Positions 57,560-64,000 of a stretch of 64,000 bases of DNA are shown here, in pieces. The stretch covers positions 32,860,001 through 32,924,000 of the forward strand of contig OZ024745.1 of the NCBI GenBank assembly GCA_964016885.1, given 5' to 3'. Origin of the DNA: Eledone cirrhosa (lineage: Eukaryota). Position 1 is the first letter of the stretch, and each line of letters starts with the position of its first letter. The position numbers and the translations under genes were made by a program. A model generated the notes under the pieces. It searched no databases. It saw only the letters and a program-made list of their open reading frames with translations, and was not told where the DNA came from.

Positions 57560-58599
57560 TAAAAAATATATATATTTCAGATTGTTCTGGAAATGGCAGA
57601 AATAAGATAAACATATAATACAAAAAAATACAAAACACCAGCATCTCGGAAAAATTATAATTTTATTGACTGAATAAAAAAGAAACGAAAATTGATAGTT
57701 TTTATATAAATTAGATGCATATTTAAATTTCAATGGAAAGTTATAACAATAAACCAATAATAGATTTGCAATCACCAATGAATCATATACAACACCGTTG
57801 CCATGGAAATTGATCAGCTTAAAAACGAAATATCCCCAACGATTCTGTCTTGCAATGATATATAGTAGTACACTTAAACCAAATATATGACAGAATAGCC
57901 ACATCTCTGTCGAATATTTGTAGAATTATCATAAGATTCTGCCGAGACACAAAGTATTTTTATGAATGAAAAGTTCATAGTCAATTCTATCTACTACAGC
58001 GTATGTAGTTTTTGGAGTTGTCACCCTTGCCTTTGTATAGCATTACTCAACAACATTTACCTCTCCTCGGCATGGGTAAAGTCTTGAAGGCGGCGGTTGG
58101 TTGGCAGAATCGTTAGAGCGTCAAACAAAAGCACTTTGATATAAATATCTCGGTGCTTTGAGTTCATCATTCCAGAATTGGTAAATAATGCAACTGGAAG
58201 GTCAAACTATTCTTTTCCCTCTTCTTCACTCTCTCAAAATCGGCTACGCTGCCCAAATCTCCAGCCAATGGAGGAGAATCCAACGACAAGTGAAATAGTG
58301 AAATGCCACATTGGTTCAAAGTATTAAGGTTTGATCCATGAGTTTGGCTGGTCTCGCTTGGGGATCCAGCCGGATCAGTAGGAGATGAATTCTTCTGACA
58401 GGACCCGTTGGAAGGAGTGTTTGAGGACTTTGCCCCTACGACCATCCCAGGAAGAAGAAGAAGAAGAAGAAGAAAGAGCAGCCACATTGGTTGGAGTACA
58501 TTGTCGACACATTAATGAAATGAGCAGAAGATGCACTAAAGCTCTCTAAACGCTAGGAAAGAAAGGGATAATAGTGTGTGTGTGTGTGTGTGTGTTAGA

Positions 58600-58872
58600 C
58601 CTCTGTCGGTACCAACGGTCAACAGAACAGCCTGCTCGTGAAATTAACGTGCAAGTGGTTGGGAATTTCACAGATACGTTTCCCTTTAACGCAGTTCTCA
58701 GAAAGATTCAGCGTGACACGATGTGTGACAAGATTGGCCCTTTGAACTTACAGGCACAACTCATTTTTTTGCCACCTGAGTGAACTGGAGCAACGGAAAA
58801 TAAAGTGTCTTACTCAAGAACACAACGCGTCACTGAGAATCGAAGTCACAACCACTAAGTCATACGCCTTCA
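58600..58872 (-). mobile_element. tRNA-derived SINE, family C (also ~51690-51900, ~61875-62050)
   Basis: Shared aacagcctgctcgtgaaattaacgtgcaagtgg...cagcgtgacac segment. Confidence 0.65.
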
Positions 58873-59004
58873 CAATACATATAACTATATGCTCAACATC
58901 GTTTTTCTTATATATATATATATATATATATAAGTTATTCCGGGTTGAATCGGAAGTAACCACAGTAAGTAAGGTACTCAATACATAGTAGAGTATAAAT
59001 GTTG

Positions 59005-59120
59005 TAATATAGAAGAGCTTCTGCAGGACTAGAACTGTTTCATTCGTGAGAAATCATCAGGAAGCTCCTGATGATTTCTCACGAATGAAACAGTTCTAGT
59101 CCTCTAGAAGCTCTTCTATA

Positions 59121-59123
<3 letters not shown>
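59005..59123. repeat. Near-perfect fold-back carrying a hammerhead-like core on each arm
   Basis: Arms meet at tcagga-agc-tcctga; each reads CTGATGA-tttctcacgaat-GAAAC-agttcta-GTC; (TA)n nearby on both sides. Confidence 0.8.
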
Positions 59124-59191
<68 letters not shown>

Positions 59192-59267
59192 CGAAGGAAG
59201 TGTGGTAAGGAACCAGGTAGACCATAACGCACCAGAGTACTCGATACTTTGGGTAGTAGAGTGGGTA

Positions 59268-59400
59268 ATAGGAAAAGAGTCAGGACTCCGACGGCAGAGC
59301 TCAAGCCGTTTCGACGGCTATTTCTGGACACAGAAATAGTCCAGAAATAGCCGTCGAAACGGCTTGAGCTCTGCCGTCGGGGTCCTGACTATTTTCCTAT
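59268..59400. repeat. Fold-back inverted repeat next to (TA)n
   Basis: cgacggcagagctcaagccgtttcgacggctatttctggac pairs with gtccagaaatagccgtcgaaacggcttgagctctgccgtcg. Confidence 0.85.
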
Positions 59401-59498
59401 ATATATATATATATATACTCCTTTTCTTTACATTCGCCTCTCTCCTTTATCTTTCAAAGGCGGTCGTTGAACCGTTGGAGCTACTGGGAAAACAGTCC

Positions 59499-59530
<32 letters not shown>

Positions 59531-59869
59531 TATTATAGTGAAGTACAGAGGAAAAAATATTTCAGTATTTTAACACCCCTTGTGTGTGTGTGTGTTGTGT
59601 GTGTGTGTGTGTGTGTGCATACATACATACAGTGTGTGTATATTCCCTTTTATTAACCAATCACGTACACACCTAAAATGAAAACTTTTCTTTTTTTGTT
59701 TGATATTTCTGTTCCAATGTTTTTCCCCGTTCATTGATCTGTCCTACCAGAATTTTTCGAATCCAAACTCTTCTGCGCTTTCACATTGTATTTTATCACA
59801 TAACCATAATACGTCATTATTTGACTTCGTTCGATTGCATAAAGCCAGGTTGGTATTTTATAAAATAAA

Positions 59870-60105
59870 AGGTGATGGTGGTAGTGGTGATGGTGAAATA
59901 ATGAGGATAAAGATGATGACAGCGACAAGGGTAGTGATGGTGGCAGTTGTGGTGGTGGTTTTGGTGGTGGCGGTGGTGGTGATGATAGCGGTGGTGACGG
60001 TGGTGGTGGCGGTTGTGGCGGCGGTGGTGGTGGTGGTGATGGTGATTGTGGTGGTGATGGTGGTGATGGTGATGGCGGTGGTGATGGTGGTGATTGTGAT
60101 GGAAG
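59870..60105. repeat. (GGT/GAT)n trinucleotide low-complexity repeat
   Basis: Directly visible. Confidence 0.9.
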
Positions 60106-61249
60106 AAAGGTGATTATGGAAATTATTGTAGTGGTATTGTAATGACGGTAGTCATGAGTAGCAGTATATATCAGCGTTACAATTATAGCTGGTATCATGA
60201 TAAAAAGCTCCGATTGATGATTTGAATAATACAATAAACAAACAAACAAGTAATAAATAAATAAATAACAAAACAGCCTTCATCATCATCATCATCATCA
60301 TCACCGTTTTACGACGATGATGATGATGGTTAAAAATGTTTTACATCCTTGGGACTGAAACAATAGGAAGAGTTTCCTGTTAAAATAAAATTTAAAAAAA
60401 CACACAAATAAACTAACAATAATAACAATCATAACATTGAAAAAAAAAATGAAATTCACAGTTGCCACCTATATTGGTTTAACTTGCCTCATACAAGGTT
60501 GCATCTCATAGGAAGTTTCTTGGGTATTTTAATGATAGTGGCCCTAGTCTTATCATGAAAAGCAGCATGAAATAAAACGGTTTGCTCAAGAAGACAATGA
60601 GCTACCCGGCCCAGGAATCGAACTTACGACTTTATGATCGTGAATCACTAAACATAATATTCTATATTTTCACTGTTGGTTGGATAAAAACTCATTTCCA
60701 CCATCTCCATTTTGCAGGTAAAAATGTGGTCATGTGACTGGAATTTCAACCTTTATATATTAATTCTGTTATAGGTAATGTATAGGTGAGTGTTTCGTCT
60801 TTATTCTGAAAGACAGTTGAGTTCGATAACAAAAATACCTTCTCTATATATGACAAACATATTTGTTTTCATTTCAGTAATGAACGACAGTAGAACCTCT
60901 CTCAATGATGATAGCATAAAGATGAATGTATGGGTCCATAACTCCTGGCATTAATATAGTCGAGTTCTTCTGGATAAAGAGAGGGAGTGAGAAGATATAG
61001 AGGAAGAATTGACTCCAGTACTGAACTGGTATTTATTTTTTATCGACCTCGAAAAGATGAAAGACAAAGTTGACCTCTCGTCAGGAATTGAACTCAGAGA
61101 GACGGAACAAATCCCGGAAAGCATTCTATCCGACGTTCTAACAGCTTTGCCACTCCGCCACCTCGATAGCATAAAGAAAAAGATGTCAAAATAACAAAAC
61201 AAACATAGCAAAGCTAATGACATAGACAACAACTACAGCATAGACAAAT

Positions 61250-61475
61250 ATGAGAGGAAGATGACTAAATAGCAGTCACTGGGCTAACCGTTTCCTTTTT
61301 TTGTACCAGTAGCCATTGAGAGCTCCGGTGTCCTCGGTCCCCGGACTATCGTTTTCCACTACAAAATCAAAACGAAGACATCATGCCTGAAGAAAGGGCC
61401 TCGTGAGGTAGAATGGCTGATGCAGCATGTATCCTTGGCTGTTCTCTGCGGTAATACTTTCGCCATCTTGTCCAC
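61250..61475 (+). mobile_element. CRE-like retroelement 3' relic
   Basis: ERKMTK...FVPVAIESSGVLGP...PREVEWLMQHVSLAVLCGNTFAIL. Confidence 0.7.
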
Positions 61476-62227
61476 CATTTTATTTTCCATTTTATTACTT
61501 CTTGTTGCTTTTGTGTTTTTTTAAAAATAAGGATACTGACAGTGAAACAGTTTATTTTATTTATTCATTTTTTTTTGGGGGGGGGGGGGGGGCAATTTCT
61601 GTTACTGATTAAATACAAGTCTTTCTTTTTTTCACTATTAATAAAAACATTGTCCATCTTTTCGGCTGACGGTTGTTTAGTTAAAGACTTAAAGACTGGT
61701 AAAACAATTGAATAAGACATTTTACAACTTTGGATTGGTTAACTTTAAAATATTCCCATTCCACTGACAGTTTTGTTTGTTTGTAGTGTTGTAATTTTCA
61801 TCGACTGATTGCCGAATGTAATATAGGAAAATTTCCTTCATTTTTTTGTCAGCTACTTGTTAGATAAGGAATGTAAAGGAATGGATCTCCGCCGGTTTCA
61901 ACGATGAGCGTTCCAGTTGTTCGATCAACGAAACAACCTGCTCGTGAAATTAACGTGAAAGTGGCTAAGCATTTCATAGATACTTGTACCCTTAATTCTC
62001 AGGGAGATTTAGCGTGACACAATATGAGACAAAGCTGTCTCTTTGAATTTCATCCAACAGGCTTCCAAATTGCTTTCATTCACAAGTTTCATTCACAAGG
62101 CTTGGGTCAACCCGAGGTTATGATAAATTGTACTTACCCAGAATACCACAAAGTTCAATGGAACACGGTAGGTTATGATTGTGAAATGAGCTTCGCCCAT
62201 GATAAGAAATTATAATTCAAAAATAGT

Positions 62228-62622
62228 TTTCAGCTGATTGTTAAATAACAAAATATTTTTTTAATATTTCGGCTGATTGTTAAATAACGAAATATAATTT
62301 TAAAATATTTCGGCTGATTGTTAAATAACAAAATATTTTAAAATGTTTCGGCTGATTGTTAAGTAACAAAATATAATTTTAAAATATATTTCGGCTGATT
62401 GTTAAGTAACAAAATATTTTTAAATGTTTCGGCTGATTGTTAAATAACAAAATATAATTTTAAAACATATTTCGGCTGATTGTTAAATAACAGGCTATAA
62501 TTTAGAAATATATTTCGGTTGATTGTTAGATACTAAGTTTTTCTTTAATGTTATGTTTTCGGATGATTATTAAATAAGAAATTTTCCATAAAAAATATGT
62601 TTCGACTGATTGTTAAATAAGG
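62228..62622. repeat. ~33-38-bp minisatellite, about 10 copies
   Basis: Unit tttcggctgattgttaaataacaaaatata. Confidence 0.9.
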
Positions 62623-64000
62623 GACATTTTTTCTCCTGTCGGCATTTGATGACAGAATCATTGGTGCCACTTTAGTGTGCGGTCTACATACACTTTTACA
62701 GTTTAGTGTGTTATCTTACCTCAACTACAAAAACTAATCCTAACCTGGTCAGGTCATAACACAGCGTGGACGATGAATACTGCAGTAGACCTCACGCTAT
62801 AGTGGCACCGAATCATTTCTGATTATTTGACTTGAAGTTGAGTGACGGAAAATTATTATATTTGACTGATAGTTAAATGGATTTTTTTTTTTTCTTATAA
62901 AACGAATTGATATATTTATTTACCTTTGATTAGATTTAATACCCCCTTCCCACCTCAAAAACTTGTTGATCCCAGATAAAAATATCACTTTGTAGATTGT
63001 TGGTAAGTATGTGGCATGTCTAAAACATTCAATAATATTCTTCATACGAAATTTAATTCCTTATAAGTAAAATCTGGTTCTTCTCAAAATAAGTTATATT
63101 ATTTAGCCTCTATCACTATTTTGAAACATTTTTTCAAAGCTATCGCGTATTTTTCACATTTTCAAAATTAACAGATGTGGCAGGAAGAGGTATTTGATCC
63201 AATGGTGGAAGCGATATAAACGAACGCAGCCTTGAACTACTAATCAAATATATGGAAAACTTAGATACGTAATCATGCGCAGTAGGTTATAAAAAAAAAC
63301 AATATTAGAAAAAAGTAATTTTAAGATTTAAAAAAAAAAACGTAAAAAAACAACACCAACTGCAAAAGCAACATTTCATCATCCTTTTGCTAACGTTGTG
63401 ATCTGTTTTGAGACAGCTCTAAGAAAATGAAAAGCAGAGAGTATGTCGCAAATGACACTGCCTCCTTGCCTGACAACTTTATCTAGGAAAGAGCGAGGGA
63501 AAAGACGACATAGCTTTTTTTTTTTTATTTTTAAACGAGGTGGCCTCCATATTCCCTCGGAGAACGAGTTATAAGATGTCTTGGCCATTGTGCGACAGGG
63601 CATGTGTTCCATCGACTGGGTAATAGTATATAGAAGTATGTGGAAACACATTCCTGATTTATTTATAAGACCGATGGCAACAAATAGAGTTAATGGTCTA
63701 CACGGCTGCCTGCAGCATATGGATCTCAGAAACTAGAATTACAGCATATGTGACATGCAACAATTCCACTTGGAGCTAGACCTCATTGAGGGAGGGAAGA
63801 CAAGATCAATAAGACTGGTGTTTAAAAACAGAAGTCGCAGTTACTACACGTGTGATAGTAAACGCCACTCGCGGTCTTCTGTCTCCAGAAGAAGAGGTAA
63901 GAAGAAAAAGAAGCGTGATGGATGGCAGTAGCCACAATAAACAGCAACTTCCAAAATGTGAAGAACTTGATTACTTCTACCGCTGTTTCCAGAGCATCAC

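Noticed and set aside
59700-60249. Pro-rich (minus) and Val-rich (plus) ORFs
   Set aside because: Products of a (GGT/GAT)n simple repeat.

Overview
AT-rich, repeat-dense animal genomic DNA, not prokaryotic. The huge (TA)n arrays, RTE LINEs with (GAT)n tails, tRNA-derived SINEs and Penelope relics suggest a coleoid cephalopod, probably Octopus (inferred, not searched). Two host genes are supported, oriented divergently. One is a minus-strand 936-aa leucine-rich-repeat protein encoded in a single coding exon (18872-21682). The other is a plus-strand TFIIE-alpha gene (GTF2E1) with four coding exons (40295-45281, 409 aa after splicing). A convergent pair of identical tRNA-Asn(GTT) genes lies at 50.9-51.4 kb. 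The rest is mostly decayed mobile DNA: RTE, CRE-like, Penelope-like, R4-like, Tc1, mariner, a non-autonomous Helitron, MITEs and SINEs. Three observations stand out. (1) The LRR protein has a C-terminal GQFDNADE* and an internal GQFEDFD, both resembling the PRMT5-binding motif of pICln/RIOK1/COPR5, so it may be an undescribed LRR-type PRMT5 adaptor; one A-to-I edit at 18886 would make the terminal motif canonical. (2) Minimal type I hammerhead ribozyme motifs and fold-back elements sit in or near (TA)n tracts, and one (1943-2013) looks intact. (3) Several CRE-like retroelement 3' ends are clustered. All family assignments come from recognising motifs by eye.
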